From assembly GCA_965237745.1 (NCBI GenBank), contig OZ250156.1, positions 1,953,426 through 2,017,425 on the forward strand: a stretch of 64,000 bases of DNA, in the 5' to 3' direction. Position numbers and translations under genes: made by a program. The notes beneath the pieces are model-generated. The model was not told where the DNA came from. It saw only the letters and a list, made by a program, of their open reading frames with translations, and searched no databases. The DNA is from Dehalococcoidia bacterium. GTDB lineage: Bacteria > Chloroflexota > Dehalococcoidia > Lucifugimonadales > UBA3495. Positions 19,056 through 28,478 of the stretch are shown piece after piece. Each line of letters opens with the position of its first letter. Position 1 is the first letter of the stretch.

Positions 19056-19466
19056 TCATTCGTCCCCAATAATCAGGAAGGTGCCGAGACCCTGGGCGAT
19101 GAGGCGCCCGCTGTCAGCGGTAACGTCGATTTCCCCCACCACCAGGCGGCCGCTGTTGCTCGCCACCCTGGCGGTGGCAGTGAGGTAGCCGGAGGTCGTG
19201 CTTTCCAGGAAATTGACCTTCAACTCAATGGTGGTAGTTCGCTGCCCCGGTTTCAGCAGGGACCGTACGGCGCGGAAAAAGGCAGTGTCGACCAGCACGG
19301 CAATCAGCCCGCCGTGGACCTGTCCGGCAGCTTGCAGATGATGGGGCTGCACGGAAAGTGACACACTGCCCACCCCACCCTTCGACAACCCGACCTCGAT
19401 GCCGACGAATCGCAGAAAAGGCGATTCATCATCGTAGGGCAAATCTGTTCCCTGATTGTTGGCCAC
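19056..19466 (-). CDS. PaaI-family (hotdog fold) thioesterase
   Basis: FLRFVGIEV...LQAAGQVHGGLIAVLVDTAFFRAV...TTIELKVNFL...GEIDVTADSGRLIAQGLGTF. Start reassigned to the GTG at 19466 with a GGAGG RBS; the longer track ORF overlaps the divergent gene. Confidence 0.75.
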   Translation of the reverse strand: MANNQGTDLPYDDESPFLRFVGIEVGLSKGGVGSVSLSVQPHHLQAAGQVHGGLIAVLVDTAFFRAVRSLLKPGQRTTTIELKVNFLESTTSGYLTATARVASNSGRLVVGEIDVTADSGRLIAQGLGTFLIIGDE

Positions 19467-19551
19467 CTCTGCCTCCGGTTGCGCCGGGCTCCCGGCGGGT
19501 TTCAGATATAATAGCTGGGGAAGTTTAATGTCCGGGCTGATGATTTGACCA

Positions 19552-19947
19552 ATGTTTAAAGGGATTTTTGTAGGGCTGGCGGTGGTGCTGGTGCTGGCCG
19601 TGATTCCCATCGTGCACTTTGTCGGGATTCCCGCCGGGCCGTTCATTGCCGGGTATTTCGGCATCAATGCGGCCAGGGACTATTCGGGCACTCCAGGGCG
19701 GAAGGCGCTGACCTATGGTACCTGGCTGGGAGTGATGGTCGGAGCAATCACGGTTGTAGCCGCGACAATTGTTACAGTGGTCGCAGACTTCGCATATCCG
19801 CTCCTGCTTTGGGGGGGCGTGGTTGTGGTGACCTTTTACTACGGCAGCATGTCCGCCCTGGGGGCCTGGTATTGTGAGCTGAGGACCGTCGAACGAGCGA
19901 GGGCGGCCATACCGACAGGGGCAACGGCAGGCGGCCCGCGCCGTTAG
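19552..19947 (+). CDS. small integral membrane protein (about 4 TM), hypothetical
   Basis: Hydrophobic segments FVGLAVVLVLAVIPIV, GPFIAGYFGI, WLGVMVGAITVVAATIVTVV and LLLWGGVVVVTFYYG. No family recognised. Confidence 0.5.
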   Translation: MFKGIFVGLAVVLVLAVIPIVHFVGIPAGPFIAGYFGINAARDYSGTPGRKALTYGTWLGVMVGAITVVAATIVTVVADFAYPLLLWGGVVVVTFYYGSMSALGAWYCELRTVERARAAIPTGATAGGPRR

Positions 19948-19955
19948 GCTGGCAG

Positions 19956-20846
19956 ATGGCTGACGTAGTCCGCCTGCTGCGTCCCCTGCAGTGGGTCAAG
20001 AACGGGCTGGTTTTCCTGCCTTTCCTTTTCGCCATAGATATTGCTTGGTCAGTCGACGCGACAGGTGATATTCCGGCATTGTTGGGTCGGCTCGCCGCTG
20101 TGTTTCTTGCCTTCTGCTCTCTTTCCAGCGGCGTTTATGTTTTGAACGACCTGATGGATCGTCACGCGGACCGCCTTCACCTCAGGAAACGCCACCGGCC
20201 CATTGCGTCAGGCAGGGTGGGAACTCTTGCAGCTGTGGCGTTAATGGGCGTACTCACCGCCATCGGCCTGGCCGTCGCTTGGTACGCCGGAATGGCATTG
20301 ATGCTGGTTTGCGCGCTCTACATTGCCATCAATGTGGCCTATTGCTTGGGCGGCAAGAACATCGTGCTGTTGGACGTCTTCGCCGTGTCGAGCGGGTACG
20401 TCATACGGGCCGTTTCAGGGGCTTTGGCCATCGACGTCGACCCGTCGCCTTGGCTCTACACCACCACTGGGGCCGGGGCGCTGTTCATCGTGCTGGGCCG
20501 ACGCTACGCCGAGGTGCGGCTGGCAGGCGAGGACGCCGGACGGCAGCGGCCGGTGCTGGCCCGATATTCGGAACCCTTCATTTCGCAGCTGCTCACCATC
20601 TCTGCAACGGCCGCGCTCCTCAGTTATACTTTGTACACGATCGAGGCGGAAAATCTGCCCGACAACAACGCCATGCTGTTCACCCTGCCGCTGGTGGCAT
20701 TGGGACTGTTTCGCTACCTGTATTTGCTGAATCACAGCAGCGAAGCCGAGGCTCCTGAGCAGCTGATGGTGCGCGACCTGCCTCTGCTGGCGACGGTTGT
20801 CGCTTGGTTGGCAGTGTCTGCGGCAGTATTGCTGCTGTATGGGTGA
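19956..20846 (+). CDS. UbiA-family prenyltransferase, decaprenyl-phosphate phosphoribosyltransferase-like
   Basis: LRPLQWVKNGLVF, YVLNDLMDRHADRLH and KRHRPIASG motifs; multi-TM. Confidence 0.8.
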   Translation: MADVVRLLRPLQWVKNGLVFLPFLFAIDIAWSVDATGDIPALLGRLAAVFLAFCSLSSGVYVLNDLMDRHADRLHLRKRHRPIASGRVGTLAAVALMGVLTAIGLAVAWYAGMALMLVCALYIAINVAYCLGGKNIVLLDVFAVSSGYVIRAVSGALAIDVDPSPWLYTTTGAGALFIVLGRRYAEVRLAGEDAGRQRPVLARYSEPFISQLLTISATAALLSYTLYTIEAENLPDNNAMLFTLPLVALGLFRYLYLLNHSSEAEAPEQLMVRDLPLLATVVAWLAVSAAVLLLYG

Positions 20847-20932
20847 TTGCCGCCCTCAACTACCCACGGACTTGATACGCCTCTGAGCAATCATACGGGC
20901 CGGTAAGGATAACCGCCCGGACAGGAGTCCCT

Positions 20933-22054
20933 ATGCAAGCACAGGATGCACCGGCCCATCCGTCGGCGCGCACCTCAATGGCACCGGTGGTCGCTGTAGT
21001 GTCGACCACGCCCGAGACGGTGCGGGATGATATAGCCCGCGCCATGGAGCTCGCTGAGGCCGACGAGTTTCTGAACCCGGGAAACCGCACGCTGCTGAAG
21101 GTCAACATATCATGGCAGCACTGGTACCCTGGATGCTCGTCCACTCCTTGGCAGATAGAGGGAGTCGCCAACGCTCTCAGGGCTATGGGCCATGCCGATT
21201 TGGTGGCGGCCCACAACGGCACAGTGGTAGTGGATTCCTATGAGGGCGAGGAGAATAACAAGCACAAAGCGGCCCAGGACCGGGCGAACCTGCCCGCCAT
21301 CCACTTGGACAGCCCTCCCAACCGCTGGATTGACTACAAGCCTCGCGCCGAAATGCTGGCCTTGGACGACATATTCCCCGAGGGGATCCAGATTCCTGAG
21401 TGTTTTCCAGGGACAAACATAGTCCATCTGCCCACGATGAAGACCCATGTGTTCACCACGATGACCGGGGCGATGAAGAATGCATTCGGGGGCCTGCTCC
21501 ATCGCAAGAGGCACTGGACGCATTCAGTCATCCACGAAACGCTGGTGGACCTGCTGGCGATCCAACAGGAGATTCACCCCGGCCTGTTCGCGGTGATGGA
21601 CGGCACCTTCGCCGGAGATGGTCCTGGCCCCCGGGCCATGCGCTGGCACGTCAAGAACCGCATCCTAGCCAGTGCCGACCAAGTGGCCATCGACGCTGTG
21701 GCTGCCAAGATGATGGGCTTCGATCCAATGAGCATACCCTTCATAAGGCTGGCGCACGAACGCGGCCTGGGATGCGGCGAGGTCGCGGACATCGAGGTCC
21801 GGGGCGAGGACATCAGCGGGGTTAACTGGCAGTTCTCGGGCGTCGAAAACACCTTTGCCAGCCGAGGGCAGAAGCTCATCTATTGGGGGCCGCTCAAGCC
21901 TCTGGAGAATATGCTGCTGCGCAGTCCCATCGTCGGCTGGGCTTTCCTGGCTTCCAACCTGTATCACAACGGCTACTGGCTCAAGACCAAGGGCCGACGC
22001 CGCATCGTAGCAGCCCTCAAAACCGAATGGGGCCGCCTGTTCCAGTCTTACTAG
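20933..22054 (+). CDS. DUF362 domain-containing protein
   Basis: LLKVNISW..., HLPTMKTHVFTTMTGAMKNAFG, FAVMDGTFAGDGPGP, ILASADQVAIDAVAAKMMGFDP. Start possibly at MAPVV (20978). Confidence 0.75.
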   Translation: MQAQDAPAHPSARTSMAPVVAVVSTTPETVRDDIARAMELAEADEFLNPGNRTLLKVNISWQHWYPGCSSTPWQIEGVANALRAMGHADLVAAHNGTVVVDSYEGEENNKHKAAQDRANLPAIHLDSPPNRWIDYKPRAEMLALDDIFPEGIQIPECFPGTNIVHLPTMKTHVFTTMTGAMKNAFGGLLHRKRHWTHSVIHETLVDLLAIQQEIHPGLFAVMDGTFAGDGPGPRAMRWHVKNRILASADQVAIDAVAAKMMGFDPMSIPFIRLAHERGLGCGEVADIEVRGEDISGVNWQFSGVENTFASRGQKLIYWGPLKPLENMLLRSPIVGWAFLASNLYHNGYWLKTKGRRRIVAALKTEWGRLFQSY

Positions 22055-22074
22055 GGCCGGACGGAGGGGACGAA

Positions 22075-23391
22075 ATGCCGATTAGCAAATTCCGAATCAC
22101 CAACGCCGGGCCATTCGACGACATCACTTTCGAGTTCGATGAGCAGGTCAACGTCTTCGTCGGCCCAAACAACTCCGGCAAGTCCACTGCTCTGCTGGCG
22201 TTGGCGACAGCCTCCGTGCATCCGTTCCAGTTTCCGTGGAAGCTGTTTAACAAGTCGCCTTTTGAAGCTAAATGCGAGATAACGGTACATTGTGGTAATC
22301 AAGAAACTCAAACCGAATTGTACTTAGCTCAACCAGTCGTGGACTATCAAAGATCAATTGAGTTCCTAAGTGCAATAGGATTTTCGACTTTCATCCCATC
22401 TATTCGCAGAAGCACAGAATATAGGGCGGAAATTCCTGAAGTCGAGTCTATGGCACAGTTGATAGCCCAGATATTTTCCTCGTCTGAAGCTCAAGAATTC
22501 ACAAATCTCAATGAATTTCAGAAAAGGTCGTTGATCACCCAAACCGACGCTAATCTAGTGAGCGACGAGTCGATCATCCAGAGGATGGTTGAGCTTGACT
22601 TCCTTGCTTACTTCCGGAGACGACCGCAGATAAAAGATTCCATTGAATTGATAGCCAGTATCGCCTCTGAAATCACTGAGGGGTATCCAATCGAATTTCT
22701 GGGTATTGGGGGAGAAGCTAAAAGTAGGTTCCCGGAATTTCGCACCCCTGATGGGAGGCTCCCTCTAAATACGCTGAGCCAAGGAACGCAATCAATCATC
22801 CAATGGCTTGCACACTTGGTGTTTGGCTACGCTCAATATAATGACTACCCGGAAGACTTGGCGGAGAAGCCTGGCATCCTTATCGTGGACGAAATTGACG
22901 CTCACCTGCACCCGTCCTGGCAGAGGCGGATTATCCCGGCGCTGACCGACAACTTCCCCAACCTGCAAATCTTCTGCTCCACTCACTCCCCTCTGATGCT
23001 GTCGGGGCTGAAAGAGGGTCAAGTGCAGTTGCTCAAACGGGGAGAGGACGGCAAGGTAGAGGCTTCCACGAACCACTGGGACATGGTGGGGTGGTCGGCG
23101 GAGGAAATTTTGAGGAGCGTTCTGGGGGTGCCGGATACGATGGATCTGACCACTGCCTCCGAGATGGACCGTATGGGAGAGTTGAGCATTAAGGAAACGC
23201 TTACTGAAGCGGAGAAAGCTGAGTTGGAGAAGCTTCAGCAGAAGGTGGTCGAAGCACTAGGAAGCGGCCCTGCATCCTCCAAGGCGGAGTTAGCTCTACG
23301 CCACATCAAACAAATCTACTCGGAAGCCCTTTCGGAATCCCCAGGAAAACCTCGGCCAAGAGTAAGAAGAAAAGAAAGCGGGTCTGCTTAA
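22075..23391 (+). CDS. ABC/SMC-like AAA ATPase (AAA_15/AAA_21 type; PtuA-like)
   Basis: Walker A VGPNNSGKSTALLAL, signature-like LSQGTQS, Walker B/H-loop ILIVDEIDAHLHPSWQ, THSPLML. Start at MPISKF (22075) with a GGAGGGGA RBS, not the track start at 21883. Confidence 0.8.
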   Translation: MPISKFRITNAGPFDDITFEFDEQVNVFVGPNNSGKSTALLALATASVHPFQFPWKLFNKSPFEAKCEITVHCGNQETQTELYLAQPVVDYQRSIEFLSAIGFSTFIPSIRRSTEYRAEIPEVESMAQLIAQIFSSSEAQEFTNLNEFQKRSLITQTDANLVSDESIIQRMVELDFLAYFRRRPQIKDSIELIASIASEITEGYPIEFLGIGGEAKSRFPEFRTPDGRLPLNTLSQGTQSIIQWLAHLVFGYAQYNDYPEDLAEKPGILIVDEIDAHLHPSWQRRIIPALTDNFPNLQIFCSTHSPLMLSGLKEGQVQLLKRGEDGKVEASTNHWDMVGWSAEEILRSVLGVPDTMDLTTASEMDRMGELSIKETLTEAEKAELEKLQQKVVEALGSGPASSKAELALRHIKQIYSEALSESPGKPRPRVRRKESGSA

Positions 23392-23394
23392 ACA

Positions 23395-24041
23395 ATGCAC
23401 TGGGTTGATCGAGGGCCTGAACCGGCTGGATTGAGAACCATACATTTACAATTCAGTCAGGGTTGGGTAGACCATTATCAGCACGGCATCGGAAACAGAC
23501 CATCAGACACGAGATGGCGCGACTTTCACAATGTCTTGAGTCTGACATTTTCTCTATTATGCGCCTACTGTGAAGAAATAACCGAGGGTGAAGTGGACCA
23601 CTTTAAGCCAATTAGCAAGTTTCCGAACTTGGTTTACGAATGGTCTAATTGGATATTCGCGTGTCATTACTGTAACCTTAGCAAGTCAAACAAATGGCCA
23701 CTGAGTGGCTATGTTAGCCCATGCGAAGAAGACATATCAGAGCGCCCGGAGAATTTTTCGCTTTCAATATGGAAACAGAGCAATTAGAACCAAAGGCGAA
23801 TATCTCTGAAAATAAACGAGAAAAAGCGAATCAGATGATACGGGACTTAAAGCTCAATGCTCCTCATCATCTCCGGAAGCGAATAGACAGGCTGTATCTT
23901 GTTAGACTTAACTTAGACAACTTAACCCAAGATTCCGAAGAAGAACAGGAATATATGGACAGAATAGTTAACCGTAACTCTGAATTGTCCAGCATCACAC
24001 GGGTGTTGCTCGCGGAACTTGGCTTTACTATAGACGACTAA
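23395..24041 (+). CDS. HNH nuclease (TIGR02646/PtuB-like), reading frame split at a T5 run
   Basis: LCAYCEEITEGEVDHFKPISKF...WSNWIFACHYCNLSKSNKWP is a complete HNH signature. The C-terminal part (FFAFNMETEQLEP...MIRDLKLNAP.HLRKRI) continues in the -1 frame after ttttt at 23754-23758. Confidence 0.7.
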
Positions 24042-24089
24042 CCGGCAATTCCAACGCACCTCACTCACAATAACAACAAGGATAACTGA

Positions 24090-25166
24090 ATGGACATCGC
24101 TATCATTGGCCTGCCTCTCAGCGGCAAGACAAGTACTTTCAACGCACTCACCGCCGGACATGGGGCGGCCACTGGGGGGGGAAGCACAGGCCCAGTGCAG
24201 GTCGGCGTGGTCAAGGTCACCGATAGCCGGCTCCCGGTTCTGGAAAAGATGTACCTCCCCAGGAAGGTGGTCTATGCCGAGATGAAGTTCTGGGACCTGC
24301 CTCCCGCTGACCGCGTGCAACGCGGCCAGACACTGGCCGGGCGGCATCGCAACATCCTGCAGGGGGCCGGGTCCCTGCTGCTGGTGGTGCGGGCCTTCGA
24401 CGATGAGTTGCAGGGAGTTGCTGATCCCGCCGGAGATCTGGCTGCCATGCTGAACGAGCTGGCCCTGGCTGATCTGGAAACTCTGGAGCGCGTCGAGACC
24501 CGGTTGTCCGACTCTCTCAAGAAGTCCAAACCAGCCGAGCGACCGGCCCTGGTGCCCCAGGCCAACGCAGTCCACAAGTGCCGCGAAGCGCTGGAAGCAG
24601 GAGTCCGGGTGCGGCAACAGGAGCTGACGGCCTCGGAGCGGTCGGCCATTGTTGACTATCAGCTGCTGACCGATAAGCCGGTCATCGTCGCTTTCAACAC
24701 TGACGAATCCGGCAAGGCCCCGGACTTGGAGTCCTTGGACCTTTCACCGGAAATGACCGGCGGGCTGGGGGCGGTCCAGCTATGCGCGAGGCTGGAGGAG
24801 GACTTGGCACTAATGACGGAGGACGAAGCTGAAGAGTTCCGCGACGCCCTGGGACTGAGCGAGTCGGTCATCCAACGAGTCAAGCAGGTCTGCTATGACA
24901 CGGTGGGCCTTGTCTCGTTCCTGACAGTGGGCGATGATGAGGTGCGGGCCTGGCCAGTGCTCGACGGCATTCCGGCACTGGATGCTGCAGGAACGATACA
25001 CACAGATTTCACACGGGGGTTCATACGCGCCGAGGTTATACACTTCGACGACCTGGTGCGATGCGGCAGCGTGGCGCAGGGTCGCAAGGAGGGTGTGCTG
25101 CGCTCCGAAGGCAAGACCTACGGGGTGAAGGATGGCGACGTAATCAATTTCCTGATTAACGTCTAG
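24090..25166 (+). CDS. ychF: redox-regulated ribosome-binding ATPase YchF
   Basis: G1 IIGLPLSGKTSTFNAL. C-terminal DUF933/TGS-like RAWPVLDGIPALDAAGTIHTDFTRGFIRAEV...EGKTYGVKDGDVINF. Confidence 0.85.
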   Translation: MDIAIIGLPLSGKTSTFNALTAGHGAATGGGSTGPVQVGVVKVTDSRLPVLEKMYLPRKVVYAEMKFWDLPPADRVQRGQTLAGRHRNILQGAGSLLLVVRAFDDELQGVADPAGDLAAMLNELALADLETLERVETRLSDSLKKSKPAERPALVPQANAVHKCREALEAGVRVRQQELTASERSAIVDYQLLTDKPVIVAFNTDESGKAPDLESLDLSPEMTGGLGAVQLCARLEEDLALMTEDEAEEFRDALGLSESVIQRVKQVCYDTVGLVSFLTVGDDEVRAWPVLDGIPALDAAGTIHTDFTRGFIRAEVIHFDDLVRCGSVAQGRKEGVLRSEGKTYGVKDGDVINFLINV

Positions 25167-25518
25167 CTCTCAGGGGGCGGGCGAAGCTTAGTTCGTGTCC
25201 GTCTGGGTCGTCGATGTGGAAGTATCGCTCGCCCCACGGCGCGTCGGCGGGCTTGGTGGAAGGAGTGAGGCCGAAGCTGGTAAGCCGATTGTAGTGGGCA
25301 TCCACGTCGTCGACGTAAAAGATAAGCCGGCCCCACCAGGCGGGTCTCTCATCGCTGAGCATGAGGTTGATGTAGCTTCCACCCACCTGGAAGCTGGAGA
25401 ACGATGTCCCTTCGCCTCCATAAAGCAACTCAAGTCCCACATGGTCGCGGTAAAACACCACCGACCGTGCCATGTCCGTTACGGCCAACGTGACCGCGCT
25501 GATTGTTTCCACACCCAT
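25156..25518 (-). CDS. VOC-family (glyoxalase/bleomycin-resistance fold) protein
   Basis: ISAVTLAVTDMARSVVFYRDHVGLEL...YFHIDDPDGHELSF. Only the C-terminal 120 codons of the track ORF look coding. Confidence 0.7.
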   Translation of the reverse strand: MGVETISAVTLAVTDMARSVVFYRDHVGLELLYGGEGTSFSSFQVGGSYINLMLSDERPAWWGRLIFYVDDVDAHYNRLTSFGLTPSTKPADAPWGERYFHIDDPDGHELSFARPLRARR

Positions 25519-25544
25519 TCCCGCTCTCCGTACCTTGGCCGAAG

Positions 25545-26267
25545 TCAGCCGCCACGCCTGCGGCGAGGCCGCGACAACCCTGGATAGGTTCCTTCTGTCA
25601 GCACCCAGGTCAGCCTGCTCTTCAACGCTTCCACTTCCGGCGGTTCCAACACGCCCAGCAGCTCTTGAAGCCTGGTGGGCATACTGTTCTGCGGCCCGCT
25701 GAGCCTGGCTCTTAATTCGGTCAGTGAGCTCAACAGGGCATCGGGAATTGGCTCGCCGCCGAAATCCCAAATCACCGTGCGGATCTTGACGTCGGAATGG
25801 AACGTGAGGCCGTGGTCGATGCTCCACAGCTTGCCGTCTTCGCCGATGATGAGGTGATTGGGTTTTCGGTCGGTGCTGTTGGCCACGAGGTCAAAGCAGC
25901 AGACGACGCGCAACTGATCGGCATAGTCTCCGCCCAGCGTGTAGTAGTTCTCTTTGGGGTCGTGGTCAATGAACTGCTGCACCGACCCTATACCATAGGG
26001 CCCGTCGCGGATGATGGTGAATGGAACAAGGTCCCAGCCCAGAATGTCGCTCAGCAGGTACGCGGCATATTCCCGCTTGTACAGGGTGCCGTTGGGGAAG
26101 TCCCACAGCGGCGCCTCACCGTCGCGAGGTTTGTATATGCCCAGCGTCTCTTCACCGTCCAAGGCGACTTTGACCACGAAGGTGTAGTTGGACCCCAAAC
26201 GAGTCAATTGGCAGGACAGGATTTCGCCGTGCTGCAGCAATTGTTGGGCTTTCGTGTCGGAGGTCAA
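25545..26267 (-). CDS. SCO1664-family protein (PI3/4-kinase-like fold)
   Basis: GSNYTFVV...GIYKPRDGEAPLWDFP.GTLYKREYAAYLLSD..GW.LVP...NSTDRKPNHLI...WSIDHGLTFH. Adjacent to its usual DUF3090 partner. Confidence 0.75.
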   Translation of the reverse strand: MTSDTKAQQLLQHGEILSCQLTRLGSNYTFVVKVALDGEETLGIYKPRDGEAPLWDFPNGTLYKREYAAYLLSDILGWDLVPFTIIRDGPYGIGSVQQFIDHDPKENYYTLGGDYADQLRVVCCFDLVANSTDRKPNHLIIGEDGKLWSIDHGLTFHSDVKIRTVIWDFGGEPIPDALLSSLTELRARLSGPQNSMPTRLQELLGVLEPPEVEALKSRLTWVLTEGTYPGLSRPRRRRGG

Positions 26268-26297
26268 GCGGCGATGTCCGGTAAGGGGAGTTGGCCG

Positions 26298-26834
26298 CTA
26301 GCCGGCTTCGAGGACGGTGTGCCCGTTCGCCCTTGGGCAGACGTGGCCATCGGGGTTGATGGGTTGCCCGCACAGGAAGCAGGTGGGACGCCCAGCAGCG
26401 CAGATACGGAGCGACTCCTCGGCAAGTTGGCTTGCCTGGTCTAGCGTAATCCAGAAACTGACTGATTCGGCCTCTGCTTCCGGGCGCTCCTCATCAGTCT
26501 CCCTCTCGTGGGCCTGCAAGTAGAAGGAATTGGTCTCGCGGTCATGGCTCAGGAACATCTGACCGGCTTTGAAGTCAAGGGAGGTCTCGCCCCCGGACCA
26601 AGCCGATTCCTGGGGCTTACTGTTACGGGCCTTTTCCTCAGCTGACAAACCGGCGACGTAGTCCCGGAGGTAAACGCCCAACTGGAGCAATTGCTCCTTT
26701 TCCAGCCAAAGTGAGCAGACTGCCGACCCTGAGTTTATGTCCAGCTTGAACGTTCGCTGTCCTGGTTGACCGAAAGTTACCGGCTCGACCCGCGAGAGCG
26801 CCCCGAGCGGGTATTTCACCTGCTTCTCTTCCAT
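26298..26834 (-). CDS. DUF3090 domain-containing protein
   Basis: VTFGQPGQRTFKLDI...LWLEKEQLLQLG..., C-terminal CFLCGQPINPDGHVCPRANGH. Start set at MEEKQ. Confidence 0.75.
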   Translation of the reverse strand: MEEKQVKYPLGALSRVEPVTFGQPGQRTFKLDINSGSAVCSLWLEKEQLLQLGVYLRDYVAGLSAEEKARNSKPQESAWSGGETSLDFKAGQMFLSHDRETNSFYLQAHERETDEERPEAEAESVSFWITLDQASQLAEESLRICAAGRPTCFLCGQPINPDGHVCPRANGHTVLEAG

Positions 26835-26948
26835 AGGCCTATGATAGTAGCCTGCGCCCCTCGGTGGCAAGCGGGTATTCTGATTCAACGGGCAAGACGT
26901 CCCGCTTCGTCTTGCGCAGGCCAGGTCGCCCTGCCTCTACGTCGTTCT

Positions 26949-28478
26949 TCAGCTTCTCGCTGCCCGGGCCCGGTACTGGAGGGCTTCGGCCAAGTGGGAC
27001 ACGCCGATAATATCTGCGGCGTCCAGGTCGGCGATGGTCCGGGAAACCTTGAGCACTCGATGAAACGCCCGCGCCGACAGAGTCAGCCGCTGTGCGGCGG
27101 TCTGGAGCAGGCTGCTGGCGCCATCCTCCATCTTGCAGTGTTCCCAGACCTCGGCGGGACCCATTTCCGAATTGCAGAGAAATCCGTTGTCCCTGAATCG
27201 CTCCCGCTGCAACTCGCGGGCCAACTCCACACGCTGGCGAGGGCCGCTGGAAGCCTCACCGGAGCTGCTTTCCAGCAGCTTCTCGTATTCCACCGGAGGC
27301 ACCTCGGCGAACACGTCCACCCGGTCCATGAGCGGCCCGCTGATTTTCTTCTGGTAACGGGCCACGGTCGAGGGGCTGCAACTGCACTCCTTCACCGGAT
27401 GGCTGTGAAATCCACAGGGGCAGGGGTTCATTGCTGCGACCATCATGAAGCTCGCCGGGTAAGTGACTGAGCCGCTTACCCGGCTGATGGTGACGACCTT
27501 GTCCTCCAAGGGCTGGCGCAGGGACTCCAAGGCCGCATGGTTGAACTCCGGCAATTCGTCAAGGAACAGAACTCCGCGATGGCTCAGCGTGATCTCGCCG
27601 GGCCGCAACGAGCGGCCCCCTCCCACCAGACCGGCGTTGGATATGGTGTAGTGAGGGGACCTGAAAGGCCGTTGCAGCATCAGGGGGTTCTCGCTCTGCA
27701 ACGCGCCATGAACACTGTATATCTTGGTGACCTCCAGGGCCTCCTGCGGGACCATGCGCGGAAGTATGGACGGCAGGCAGCGGGCCAGCAGGGTCTTGCC
27801 GCTGCCCGGCGGTCCGCTGAACAGCAGGTTATGAAAGCCGGCGGCAGCCACTTCGAGGGCCCTCTTGGCGTGCTCCTGACCCTTGATGTGGGCCAGGTCC
27901 ATCTGCACCTGAGAGCAGGGGAGGGCAGCGCATTGGGACCAGCCATCGCCCGCCATTGGTTCTAGCAGGGCCTCCCCTCGCAGGTGCCGCGCGAGGGTGT
28001 CAAGGTTGGGTGTCGGATACACCGTGATGTCCTCGACGAGCGAGGCTTCTTCAGCGTCCACGGACGGCACGAATACCGACTCAAAGCCTTGGTCGCGGGC
28101 CGCGGACACCATGGTGAGGATTCCGTTGGTATGACGCAGGCTCCCGTCCAAGGACAGTTCGCCAAGGAAAACAGATTTAGCAGGGGCTGACTCCAACTGG
28201 CCCGAACTCAGCAGGATACCGATGGCGATGGGCAGGTCGTAAGCAGGGCCCTCTTTCTTCAGGTCGGCGGGGGCGAGGTTGACGGTGATGCGGCGCATGG
28301 GGAACTCGCAACCGCTGTTGCGCAGGGCCGCTCGGACCCTCTCCTTGGCTTCCTGCACCGCCGTGTCGGGCAGGCCCACCATGTTGAACTTGGGCACGCC
28401 AGGAGAGAGGTCCACCTCGACGCGAATGATGTGGCCCTCCAGTCCGACCATAGCGCAGGAATTGGTGCAAGCTAACAC
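26949..28478 (-). CDS. YifB/ComM-family Mg-chelatase-like AAA ATPase
   Basis: N-terminal Lon-protease-like region (GLPDTAVQEAKERVRAAL), AAA core GPPGSGKTLLA, VLFLDELPEF, C-terminal SARAFHRVLKVSRTIADL. Confidence 0.9.
   Translation of the reverse strand: MLACTNSCAMVGLEGHIIRVEVDLSPGVPKFNMVGLPDTAVQEAKERVRAALRNSGCEFPMRRITVNLAPADLKKEGPAYDLPIAIGILLSSGQLESAPAKSVFLGELSLDGSLRHTNGILTMVSAARDQGFESVFVPSVDAEEASLVEDITVYPTPNLDTLARHLRGEALLEPMAGDGWSQCAALPCSQVQMDLAHIKGQEHAKRALEVAAAGFHNLLFSGPPGSGKTLLARCLPSILPRMVPQEALEVTKIYSVHGALQSENPLMLQRPFRSPHYTISNAGLVGGGRSLRPGEITLSHRGVLFLDELPEFNHAALESLRQPLEDKVVTISRVSGSVTYPASFMMVAAMNPCPCGFHSHPVKECSCSPSTVARYQKKISGPLMDRVDVFAEVPPVEYEKLLESSSGEASSGPRQRVELARELQRERFRDNGFLCNSEMGPAEVWEHCKMEDGASSLLQTAAQRLTLSARAFHRVLKVSRTIADLDAADIIGVSHLAEALQYRARAARS

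Noticed and set aside
21883-22074. N-terminal 64 codons of the track ORF for the ATPase
   Set aside because: They overlap the end of the DUF362 gene in another frame. A strong RBS plus ATG at 22075 gives the canonical ATPase N-terminus (MPISKFRITN...GPNNSGKST).
25519-25827. Upstream 100 codons of the 223-aa ORF containing the VOC domain
   Set aside because: Overlaps the SCO1664-family gene region and has low-complexity Arg/Ala composition. The VOC domain is complete from MGVETIS.
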